From Prorocentrum cordatum (lineage: Eukaryota), in assembly GCA_963575745.1 (NCBI GenBank), contig CAUYUJ010000142.1, forward strand, positions 1-64,000: 64,000 bases of DNA, given 5' to 3'. The position numbers and the translations under genes are program-made. Below the pieces are notes generated by a model, which was given only the letters and a program-made list of their open reading frames with translations, was not told where the DNA came from and ran no database searches. Shown piece by piece: positions 1-11,849 of the stretch. The number at the start of each line of letters is the position of its first letter. Positions within the stretch are counted from its first letter, which is position 1.

Positions 1-5
1 ATCAA

Positions 6-49
<44 letters not shown>

Positions 50-96
50 CCAGCATCACCATCATCACCATCATCATCAGCATCATCATCACCACA

Positions 97-136
<40 letters not shown>

Positions 137-752
137 TCATCATTACCACAATCAGCATGATCATCATCATCATCAGCAGCACCATCATCATCATCATCGT
201 CATCATCAGCATCATCATCACCGTAATCCCTCACCATCACCATCACCACCACCACAACCACCACCACCACCGTCACTACCACCATTACCACCACCAGTAC
301 CATCATCATCATTATCATCATCAGCATCATCATCACCAGCATCACCATCATCACCATCATCATCATCAGCATCATCATCACCACAACTACCACCACCACC
401 TTCATCATCACCATCATCATCAGCAGCATCATCAGCATCATCAGCATCATCAGCATGATCAGCATCATCAGCATCATCAGCATCATCAGCATCAACAGCA
501 TCATCAACATCATCAGCATCACCATCAACATCATCAGCATCATCAGCATCATCAGCAGCATCATCAGCGTCATCAGCATCATCAGCATCAGCATCATCAT
601 CATCAGCATCAGCATCAGCATCAACAGCATCATGAACATCATCAGATACATCATCAGCAGCAGCAGCATCTTCAGCATCCTCATCACCATCATCAGCATC
701 AGCATCATCATCACCATCATCATAATCCTCATCATCATCAGCATCATCATCA
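1..752. repeat. Degenerate (CAT/CAG/CAC)n trinucleotide microsatellite
   Basis: Directly visible. It explains the poly-His and poly-Ile ORFs. Confidence 0.97.
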
Positions 753-952
753 TCCCTCCTCCTCCTCCTCCTCCTCCTCCTCCTCCTCCTCCTCCTCCTC
801 CTCCTCCTCTCCTCCTCCTCCTCCTCCTCCTCCTCCTCCTCCTCTCCTCCTCCTCCTCCTCCTCCTCTACCTCCTCCTCCTCCTCCTCCTTATCCTCCTC
901 CTCCTCCTCCTCCCCCCCTCCTCCTCCTCCTTCTCCTCCTCCCCCTCCTCCT
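753..952. repeat. (CCT)n microsatellite
   Basis: Directly visible. Confidence 0.97.
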
Positions 953-1073
953 CAGCCGTTTCGGCGCGAGCAAGGGCGCCCCGCAGCTCGGGGCGCTCGC
1001 GCGTTCGCCGGCGCTCTTCGAAGTACCGCAGCTGGCGAGGGCCACTGGATGGCATGGCGCGGGGCGCAGACGG

Positions 1074-2300
1074 ATGCCGCTCTGGCAAGGGCTCCGTGGC
1101 GCCAGCACGCGAGGGGAGTCGGACACCGCGGTGATCGTCCAGGCGGCTGTCTCGTCAGCGGTGGCGGCGACAGGGCGCGTGCTGCTGGGTGCTCGGGTGC
1201 CGCGGTCGCCAGCCCGCAGGCCATCCGTCAGCGGGCGGCGCGCCTGGCGATGGGCGAGGGGCCAGCAAGGACGCGGCCCACGGCGAAGCCGTCCTCCACG
1301 CCCGCGGCATCGCCGCCGCTGGCGATCCTGGACGGATCCGTGGCGCCGCCATCGCCGCCGCTGGGGGACGTTGGGCCCTGCCAGCAGGCGAGGATGGAAA
1401 AGGCCCGGATCTCTGGTGGAGCGGACAGCGTCGCCAGCCAAGTCCCGGGCGAGGCTGGACTTCGAGCGGGCGTGGCAGGCCCAGGAGGACAGCGTGAACG
1501 TGCGCTCAAAGAGGGCGATGAAAGAGAAGAAGGTAAAGAAGGGAACGAAACACAAAAAAATGCAAGAAGGACAAGGTGTTGGACTGAAGCGGGTCGACTG
1601 GTTCGAGCTCGCGGACACCGAGAGCACCGTGTCCGAGGGGAAGCCCCACGACGAGGCGCTCATGGACCGGTACCTGGAGGTGAAGTTCGCGGCGCTGGGC
1701 GTCGTCGATGCGGGCTCGTGCTTCGAGGAGCTGCAGGTCGAGGCCAGCGAGTTCGGGACGTCGGGGATCGTCGAGGGGGGCTCACGTTGCGACTGCATGC
1801 TGTTCAGGATCGTCGAGTCGGAGGCTGGCGGCATGAGATTGCAGTCTGAGGGGACCCGGGAGGCCGAGCCGCCGTCCAAGGTCGGAGGCCTGCCGAAGGC
1901 CGTGGTCGAGGCCAACCAGCTGTCGTTCCAGAGGGTCTCAGGCGCGCAGGAGAGTCGCCTCGCCCAGTAGAGGCTCGAGCATGACGCGCTCGAGGTGATC
2001 GGCGAGGAGATGAGCAAGCAGTGCGAGTTCGCGCCGTCGGAGGTCGTCGACGGGGGCTCGTGCTACAAGGGGAGACTGGGCAAGGAGAACAAGTTCGGGA
2101 CGTCGGAGGTCGTCGATGCGGGTTCGGTCTACGATGAGAAGCTGGACAAGGTCAACGAGTTCGGGACGTCGGAGGTCGTCGAGGAGTCCTCGCGTGACGG
2201 CGACAAGCAGGTCCGGGTGAACGAGTTCGCGGCGTCGGTGGTCGTTGATGCGGGCTCGTGGAGAAGGAGGTGGATAAGGTGGAGAAGAAGAAGAAGAAGG
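1074..2300 (+). pseudogene. Decayed GC-rich reading frame with ~20-aa repeats (EFGTSEVVDAGS-like); product unknown
   Basis: ORFs 1074-1970 and 1995-2558 are in the same frame, separated by TAG at 1968-1970. The motif recurs at ~60-bp spacing near 1680-1790 and 2020-2260. Confidence 0.35.
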
Positions 2301-2749
2301 AGATTCAGTGCGGGTTCACGTCGGGGGCACCGTCGGGAGCTCCCAGTCCGAGGGGCTCGAGGAGGACGTGGGCCACGTGCTGCACCTGCTGGTCCCGGGG
2401 GCTCGTCGGGCAGGGTCTGGTGTCCGAGGCGGAGTCCCCGCTGGAGCTCCGCCGGGGTCCAGGCCACCGTGCGCAGCGCGCTCGCGGGAGGGCTCGACTC
2501 CCCGAGGGTGCTCGAAGTCGAGACGGTGGCAGGCGTCAAGGGGCTCCCGGGTGGGTGAGGCTGGGACCGGGAGCTCCGAGGGGAGCGGCAGGGGACCGTC
2601 GAGGACGGAGTCCCACCAGCCCTCTGGGCGCAGGTGGTCTAGGGCGTTTCCTCTTCTAACACTTCCTTTTCCTTTCCCGGCTCGGGAAGTTTACCTCCCC
2701 CCCCCCGCCTCCCTGGGTCCGGGCGGGCTCCCCCGCGAGGGGTTAGAGC

Positions 2750-3535
2750 GTCCAAGATGGCCCAAGGTAGCTTCAACAGGGCTTCAGCTAGCCCAAGATG
2801 GCCTCCAAGATCGCTCAAGATGCCTCGAGACGGCTCAAGACAGCCTCAAACACGCATCCAAGAGGCCTCAAGATGGCCCCAAGACGGTTTCAAGTGCCCT
2901 CCGAGCCCTCCAAGGACCCCCCAAGAGGCCAAAATGGGTTCAAAAACTTAGGAAAATAAATGTGTTTTGCCTTTTCGCTTTCTCGCTTCCAATGGGCTCT
3001 TGAGGCGTCAAGATGGCCCCAAGATGGCCCAACAGAGCCCCAAGAGAGGCCCAAGAGAGTCCCAAGACGGTCCCAAGAACGCCCAAAAGCACCCCAAGAG
3101 CGGTCCAAGAGGGCCCCAAGACGCCCCGTTGGGGCCTTCGAGGGGGAGCCGTAAATTTCAGACCCCCCCCCTCTTTCTAAGCGAAGGGGTCCAAGACGAC
3201 CCCAAGAGGCATCCGAGACCCCACAAGAGAGCCCCAAGAGGGCCCCGAGACTCCCCAAAAGAGCCCCAAGAGAGCCTCAAGAGAGCCCCAAGAGGCCCCC
3301 AAGAGAGCCCCAAGAGAGCCCCACGAAGAGCCCAAGAGAGCTCGTAAGATGGCCCCAAGAGTTCCCCAAAAACCTCTCGCAAAAACATGTGCCCAAAGAC
3401 CTCTCGCAAAACAAGAGGCCTCCCAGACCCCGACCCCCCCAAAGAGCCCCAAGAGGGCTCCAAGACCCATCAAAAAAGCCCCAAGAAGGTCTCAAGAAGG
3501 CCCACAGAGGACCCCAAGAGGACCCCCAAACGGCA
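2750..3535. repeat. CCAAGA-core minisatellite (~11-bp unit, GCCCCAAGAGA-like)
   Basis: Many cccaagag/ccaagacg units. A short related patch lies at ~12830-12890. Confidence 0.9.
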
Positions 3536-3582
3536 TTACGAGTCTTCGAAGAACCCCTCACCACGACATATGCCCAAAGCCC

Positions 3583-3790
3583 GACTTCTCGTCCTCCTTG
3601 TCATCGTCCCTTCCTTCCTTGCTTCTTTCCTGCCGCCTCCCTGCTCCTCTCCATCCTCCTCGCGCCGCGTTCCTGCTGCTTCTCCTCCTCATTCCCTTCC
3701 TCCTTTTCTGTTCCTCTTCCTCCTCCTCCTCCTCCTCCTCCTCCTCCTCCTCCTCCTCCTCCTCCTCCTCCTCCTCCTCCTCCTCCTCCT
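3583..3790. repeat. Pyrimidine-rich tract ending in (CCT)n
   Basis: Directly visible. Confidence 0.9.
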
Positions 3791-3974
3791 ACCCCCAAGA
3801 TGGCCCCAGGCATCACCAGCACCAGCAGCACCACTTGCTCCAAGATGGCTCCAAGGGGGGCATCTGGGAGTCCTTGTTCTGTTCGGCACTGGGCCGTCCG
3901 AGGGCAAATACCACTCAAGGCTTCGCAAGCGCGCAGCGCCTGCCTGCAGTGCCCGCACGAGAGGCGAAGGGCCG

Positions 3975-4085
3975 TGTCGGTATAGGTCGGTCGGTCGGTG
4001 TAAGAACTGGTCGGTATAGGTCGGTATAGGTCGGTCGGTCGGTGTAAGAACTGGTCGGCCGGGTCGGTATAGGTCGGTAGGTCGA
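3975..4085. repeat. TCGGTATAGG / (GGTC)n minisatellite
   Basis: Repeated tcggtatagg and ggtcggtgtaagaactggtcgg units. Confidence 0.85.
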
Positions 4086-4892
4086 TTTGCAGCTGGGCAC
4101 AAGCTCTGCAAGAAGGTGGTGCTGGCTTCCAAAATTGCCGGCACCCGACAGAAAAAAGGCGCGGCCGTTGTGAGAGCAGCCCAGGGGACTGAGGCGCGGG
4201 GAAGGCAGATCCTCCTCCCTCAAGACCGACACCTCCACCCCAACCCTGGGACAGCGAGACCTCGGCCCTGCGCCTCCGTCAGCGGAGCGCCTCGGCACTA
4301 TTGGCCGCAATACGCGCGAGCATAGCGATAGTCTTATCAGCACAGGACGAGTGCCCGAGTGCGCCGAACTGCCGGGTCATGATCTGCCTGCTTACCGATT
4401 CCGCCAAGTGGGCATGTATCAACGGCAAGTCGCGCCTCGCGTCACGACCACGCTCGTGCTCCTCCCCTTCCTCTGGGCACCTCTGGCAGGGCGATCCCCT
4501 CATCGTTCACAGGTGCAGATGCTTTCTGCAATTCCACAAAGGTGGATTGCTTCTCCTGTGGGGCGTGAAGAAAAATCCGCCAGCCCCTTGTGGGGCCAAC
4601 AGGCTGTAGGACGAAGTTACTGCTCCCTGCGACAGTTGCAGTTTCAAGTCTCCAATGTGACTGTCCTGCTTTCTGCTTCCTACTATAAATGGTTGAGGTC
4701 CGCGCGAGGGGTGGAGCCCAAAAGGATCCAATTTACCACGCCCGAATGGGAGGGTGGGGGACACGTAAATACATGAGACTTGCGCTCCCGAAGCCATAAT
4801 CCCTCGTAAAATACATATGCGACCACACTTCGTGTGATACGGAGGTTGTGTGTGGGGGGAGAGAGAGAGAGGGGGGGGAACCAACATCTGAC

Positions 4893-6728
4893 TCAATCTA
4901 TCTCACTATCGATCTCACTCAACGGGACACCACGGTACACCACGGGACACTTGTCGATCTCACTATCGATCTCACTCAACGGGACACCACGGGACACCAC
5001 GGGACACCACGGGACACCACGGGACACCACGGGACACCACGGGACACCGCGGGACTCCGCGAGCCACCGCCGGACGGACGGACGGACGGGCGGGCGGGGG
5101 AGAATCAGATGTCTTGACGTCGCGTTAGCAACGGCGGACACCAGGGGACACCACAGGACACCACGGGACACCGCGGGACACCGCGGGACACCGCGAGCCA
5201 CCGCCGGACGGGCGGGCGGGGGAGAATCATTTGTCTTGACTTCGCCCTAGCAACGGCGGACACCACGGGACACCACGGGGCACCGCGGGACACCGCGAGC
5301 CACCGCCGGACGGGCGGTCGGTGGAGAATCATTTATCTTGACTTCACCCTACCAACGGCGGACACCATGGGTCACCACGGTACACTTGTCGATCTCACTA
5401 TCGATCTCACTATCGATCTCACTCAACGGGACACCACGGGACACCACGGAGAACCGCAGGACACCTCTCGATCTCACTATCGGTCTCACTATCGATCTCA
5501 CTATCGATCTCACTCTACGGGACACCGCGGGAAACCACGGGACTCTTGGCGATCTCACTATCGATCTCACTCAACGGGACACCATGGGACACCATGGGCC
5601 ACCACGGGCCACCGCGGGACACCTCTCGATCGCATCATCGATCTCATTCAACGGGACACAACGGTACACCACGGGACACAACGGGATGCCACGGGACACC
5701 ACAGAACACTTGTCGATCTCACTATCGATCTCACTATCGATCTCACTCAACGGGACACCATGGGACACACCGGGCCACCACGGGACACCACGGGACACCG
5801 GGGGACACCTCTCGATCTCACTATCGGTCTAACTATCGGTCTAACTATCGATCTCACTCAACGGGACACCACGGGACACCACGGGAAACCTCGGGACACT
5901 TGTCGATCTCACTATCGATCCTCCTATCGATCTCACTCAACAAAACACCACGGGACACCACGGGCCACCACGGGACACCACGGGACACCGCCGGACACCT
6001 CTCGATTTCATTATCGGTCGCACTATCGATCTCACGATCGGTCTCACTCAACGGGACAGCTTAGGACACCTCGGGACACCACATCGATCTCACTATCGAT
6101 CTCACTATCGATCTCACTCAACGGGACATCACGGGACACCACGGGACACCACGGGACACCACGGGACACCACGGGACACCGCGGGACACCGCGAGCCACC
6201 GCCGGACGGTCGGACGGACGGGCGGGCGGGGGAGAATCAGTTGTCTTGACTTCGCGTTAGCAACGGCGGACACCAGGGGACACCACGGGACACCGCGGGA
6301 CACCGCGGGACACCGCGAGCCACCGCGAGCCACCGCCGGACGGGCGGGCGGGGGAGAATCATTTGTCTTGACTTCGCCCTAGCAACGGCGGACACCACGG
6401 GACACCACGGGACACCAAGGGACACCGCGGGACACCGCGAGCCACCGCCGGACGGGCGGGCGTTGGAGAATAATTTGTCTTGACTTCGCCCTAGCAACGG
6501 CGGACATCACTGGACACCACGAGACGCCGCGGGACACCGCGAGCCACCGCCGGACAGGCGGGCGGGGGGGAATCATTTGTCTTGACTTCGTCCTAGCGAC
6601 GGCGGACACCACGGGACACCACGGGACACCACGGGACACCGCGGGACACCGCGGGACACCGCGGGACACCGCCGAGCGGGCGGGTGGGGGAGAATCATTT
6701 GTCTTGACTTCGCCCTAGCAACGGCGGT
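4893..6728. repeat. Composite minisatellite: 10-bp GGGACACCAC, 12-bp ATCTCACTATCG and a ~45-bp anchor unit
   Basis: The anchor GGAGAATCATTTGTCTTGACTTCGCCCTAGCAACGGCGG occurs 8 times in two clusters (5100-5360 and 6230-6728), separated by variable numbers of the short units. Confidence 0.93.
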
Positions 6729-7559
6729 TCATTCCTCTCGCGCGCCGACGCAGCTTCGCCTCGCCCGCACGCACGACACGAACGAAACGAAACGGTTTCC
6801 TGATTGGGGGTCTCCGTCCCACTGCGATTTCACCCCCCAACCTCCGACGCAATGCTCGCGTCCCCGAGGCAACAAAACCTTAATGAGTTATACAACTCTT
6901 GCGTCCCCGAGGCAACAAACCGTCGTAAATTACGCAACACTCGCGTCCCCTCAGCCATAAAGGTTAGCAAATTAAACCATTTTCGCATTGCCGACACTCC
7001 CAAAGATGGTCCCAAGACGGCCCAAGACGGGCGCTTGGCCTGCACCGTGTGCATTGCTCACGTGCCTGCTGGACACATAACATCTGTCCTTCCGAGGACG
7101 GGGGGGAGGAGGCGGCGGACGGGGAAAAAGAGGAGGACGAGGAAAAGGAGGACGACCCTGAGATCCGACCTGGCGAAAAAATGCAAGATCGCGAAAGATC
7201 GCGACTGGAGCCCGATCCCATCTTCGTGCTGCATTGCTTGAGAGCCAGATCGATACGGGATGGTCCCAAGGCCCGAAACTAGGCGCAAACGACCAGTGAA
7301 AAAATTGGGATGCCAGGATCCCAGGGGAGGCAGAGGACGAGAAGGAGGACGAGGAGCACGAGGAGGAGGACGCGAGGACTAGGACGAGGAGAATGAGGAA
7401 GTATGCTGCTACAACCAACCTGGCACACCTTGCCTCAGCCAGCCGTCAGAGAAAAGAAAGGGCGGGCGGGTACACTGAGGAGGTGCCTAAACGCCCGCTC
7501 TCACCCAGAAGGCGTCTCGCTCACAATGTGAGAGTGAGCGGCACGCCTCACCTAGGGAG

Positions 7560-7745
7560 ACCTTCACGTCATAAGGGTACCTGCATCGGCGCAGGAGCGA
7601 GTGGAGATACTCCGCAGTGGGGTTCGAAGGCAGACCCTCGTACGGCAGGACAAGCCTGCATCCCCTCTCGCTCGAGAACACACCGCACCGATCGCAAAAC
7701 GTGTACTGGCCGCAGCGGTACAAATCGTGGCCTAGCGCCTCACCG
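7560..7745 (-). pseudogene. Relic His/Cys zinc-finger-like segment, possibly the C-terminus of an unrelated decayed retroelement
   Basis: Translation GHDLYRCGQYTFCDRCG...LVLPYEGLP within ORF 7487-8380. Assignment rests on the motif pattern only. Confidence 0.35.
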
Positions 7746-8019
7746 CGCAAGGCCGACGGGATCAGGTGGTCCCCCTCCCCCCGCGGAGGAGGAGGAAGAG
7801 GACGAGAAGGACGAGAAGGAGGACGAGGAGGGCCCCGAAGCGCGGTGCCCCCAATTCCCTTCTCGGCTGCGAGCTGCCCTGCTGGGCTTTTCACAATAGA
7901 GTCCGCCACGGAGTGGCCAAGAGGCTGCTCTTGGGCGGTCTCCTCTTGCCCTGGTACTACTTTCTCGGCCTCCGGCCGAGGACGTCGAGGGCAGAGGCAC
8001 CTGCCGCCGGCAACTACCA

Positions 8020-8720
8020 TTACGAGGACGAGGACGAGGACGAGGACGAAAACAAGGACCAGGACCAGGATGAGGAGGAGCAGAAGGGCGAGGACAAGGA
8101 CGAAGACAAGGACGAGGACGAGGACGAAAACGGAAGAGGACGACGAGGACGAGGACGAGGACGAAAACGGAAGAGGACGACGAGGACGAGGACGAGGAGG
8201 AAGGGGAGGGCGACGAGAACGAGGACGAGGAGGAAACGGGGGATGACGAAGACGAGGACGAGGACGAGGACGAGGAGGACGAGGAGGACGAGGAGGACGA
8301 GGACGAGGACGAGGAGCAGCAGGGCGAGGAGGAGCGGGGCGCGCAACGCGTGGCTGGCGCCTGGAGGGGGCGCGCCGCAAGCGCCCTGGAATGGGCCCAT
8401 ACCGGCACCGGGAAGGGCAGCGGCGGCGAGAGGCGAGGCTCCGACCATGGCTCGGCGGCGGGTTCGGAAGGGGGGGTCCTCCTTCTGCTCCTCCTCCTCC
8501 TCTTCCTCCTCCTCCTCCTCCTCCTCCTCCTCCTCCTCCTCCTCATCCTCCTCCTCCTCAATGTTCCTCCTGGATCCGCGCTCCTCCTCTTCCTCGATCC
8601 TCCTCCAAGAGCCTCCACGGTCCTCCCCGATCCTCCTCGATCCGCGATCCTCGATCCTCCTGCTTCTCCTCCTCGTCCTTCTCCTCCTCCTCCTTCTCCT
8701 CCTCCTCCTCCTCCTCCTCG
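8020..8720. repeat. (GAGGAC)n tract followed by a (CCT)n tract
   Basis: Directly visible at 8020-8320 and 8480-8720. Confidence 0.92.
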
Positions 8721-8769
8721 AACCTTATCCTCCTTGATGCTCCTCCGTCTCGATCCACATCCACACCCT

Positions 8770-9470
<701 letters not shown>

Positions 9471-9559
9471 CAGGCTCCTCAAGATGTTCCGCCTCCTCCG
9501 CCTTGGCCCTCTAAGTGTACACTGCACAGGCATGCATGTACACAGGCGCGAATATTCAC

Positions 9560-9777
9560 TCATATACGTATGTGTATACAAGCATGCACCTATACATATT
9601 TATATATACATACATGTGGATATACGAATATAGTTATGTATGTGTGTGTGCCTAGGTGTATATGTGTGAGCGTGTGTCCCTCTCCCTCCCTCGCTCCACC
9701 CTCCCTCCCTCTGTTTCTGTCTCTGTCTCTGTGTAGCCTTCTCTCGCTCTCTCGCTCCATCCCTCTCTCTCAGTCTC

Positions 9778-9810
<33 letters not shown>
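9560..9810. repeat. TA/TG/CT dinucleotide repeats
   Basis: Directly visible. Confidence 0.85.
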
Positions 9811-10259
9811 TGCATGTGGTGCTGGCTGCCTGATTGGCAGCTGGTGTGAAAGCCGACGTCTGCGAACCCGAGGCGCGCGTCGGGGCTCCAGGCGCCCTCG
9901 GTCGGGCTCGCGACTCTCCTGCGAACAGGAGACAAAAGCCGAACCACTGACTACAACCGAAACGTTGCCCTCGTGTCGTCGATGCCCCCTTCAGGCTTGA
10001 GATAACTCGCACACGGGAAGTTTGGAGGCCGCCTGTAAGCCCTGAGCAGCATCGGCACGGTGCAAGGGCATCAACAAGCACTGCGCGAACTTTATCCCGC
10101 GATACAGAGCACACGAACACCTTGCAAAACTCGTAGAAGATGTTAGCCAGCGTGGACCCCGATGACGTAAGCTATTCCCCAAAACGGTGCTTGCACTCAG
10201 GCTTTTTAATCCGTTCTCAACGAATGGGCTAGATCTGGCGAGAGGTTCGCAACGTTCCT

Positions 10260-11430
10260 GGCCGTTGCCGCCAAATGCCGTCGCGTTGCCGCCCAGGGCC
10301 GCCGGAGTTTGGCGAGGATTCGCCACGTTCCCGCACGTTGCCGCCGCGTTGCCGCCTCGATGCCTGCGCGTTGCCGCCTCGTTGCAGCTTGGGGAGTCCG
10401 GCGAGGACTCGCTGCGTCGCCGCCCGCTGCCGCCCGCTGCCGCCGCGCTGCCGCCTCGCTGCCGCCTCGCTGCCGCCTCGTGCGCTGGGCGGGTGCCCCG
10501 AGGATTCGCCACGCTGCCGTCTCGTTGCCGCCTCGTTGCCGCCTCGATACCGCCTCGTGCGCTGGGCGGGTCCATCGAGGCTCTGCCATTTTGCCGCCGT
10601 TGCCACCTCGTTGCCGCCTCGTGCGCTCCCTCACTCAGTGGAGAGACGCGAGGCGTCAGGAATACGAAAAGCTGGGTCCAAGCTAGTGGGACCCAGCTTT
10701 CTGTCAGCGTTTCTGTGGACGCGAAGCGCTGTAGCCACCACCACATAGCTTCCACACCAGAGTGCGAAAAACTCACTGCGTGGGGCACACGCTGGCAAAC
10801 ATTGCACGTGCAAGCTAGGTGGTGCAAGCAATGTGGCTTACTCTATGTGGTGCCGTGTACGCGGTGCAAGCCAGAGGGGGCGACGAGGCGGCGACGGGCG
10901 GCAGCGCGGCGAAACCTCGACAGACCCACTCCGCGCACGAGACGGCCACGGGCGGCAACGGGCGGCGGAGTGGCGAGACCTCCGGGGACACACCCTGCGC
11001 ACGAGGCGGCGACGAGGCGGGAATGGACAGCAGCGCGGCAGAGCCTCTTGGGGCGCGGAGAGATACGGATACGTGTTGTCCCCGGACCTCTCCCGGGGTG
11101 CGTTCTGACCAGAATTTCAAGGCGAATCCAGCGGTGACAGCGAGGAATCCCCAGGAGGCCCAAGAAAGGCCGAAAACGAAGGGGGACAACACGTATCCGT
11201 ATCTTTCTCTCCCCAGAGCCTCGATGGACCCACCCGGCGCACGAGGCGCCAACGAGGCGGGAATGGGCAGCAGCGCGGCGAGGCCTCGCCGGACCCGCCC
11301 AGCGCACCGAGGCGGCAGCAGGGCGGCAAGGAGGCGGCCACGAGCGGCGCCGCGGCGAAGCCTCGACGGGCCCGCCCAGCGCACGAGGCGGCGACGAGAC
11401 GGCGATGGGCGGCAGCGCGAAAATCCTCGC
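10260..11430. repeat. Fold-back structure: a TTGCCGCCTCG-type array (10260-10625) and its reverse-complement array (10870-11430) around a unique core
   Basis: gcctcgtgcgctgggcggg on the left matches cccgcccagcgcacgaggc on the right. Confidence 0.75.
11049..11215. mobile_element. Small MITE with terminal inverted repeats and a 7-8 bp target duplication
   Basis: Perfect 23-bp inverted repeat at 11061-11083 and 11182-11204. Ends read TGGGG...CCCCA. Flanks are GAGCCTC(T) at 11041-11048 and GAGCCTC(G) at 11216-11223. Confidence 0.8.
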
Positions 11431-11849
11431 TGGACGCAACCAACCCCTCAGGAAGGCAAGTTCAGGGCAGTTGTTTAATACATTGGATTTTAAAACATCT
11501 AGGATTATCAAAGCATGATTGGCTTGTGAATCAATCTATGCACGAACTCATCGTTGCCTTTAATACTAAATCCCTGCAATTTTTATACATGATCCGCACG
11601 CGGAGCATGTACCAAAAACGGCACTGTCAGAACCCCAAAGTGCAAGCAATGGTCGGGGAAAATCCCAGCAGCCCTCCAGGCGTAAGCGGTCGATCGAGCT
11701 CGTCCGTGGCCACGCTTGCTGTTCCGACCTCTTGGAATCTGCGGGGGCCTCTTGGAGCCACCTGGGGGGATCCAGGGACCCCGTTGGAAGCATCCTGGGG
11801 CGTCTTGGGAGTATCCCGCGGCCTCTTGGGCCCAGAGATCCAGCGGTCA

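Noticed and set aside
157..1849. Long ORFs rich in His, Ile, Ser or Pro (also at 7740-9437 and 12498-13464)
   Set aside because: They are by-products of stop-free trinucleotide repeats and are open in several frames.
4090..4830. Possible remnant of a restriction-like endonuclease retroelement C-terminus on the minus strand
   Set aside because: Only a vague resemblance; no diagnostic CCHC or PD..D motif was found.
5095..6728. CRISPR-like array (constant 45-bp unit with spacers)
   Set aside because: The spacers are themselves tandem repeats of variable length, there are no cas genes, and the context is eukaryotic.
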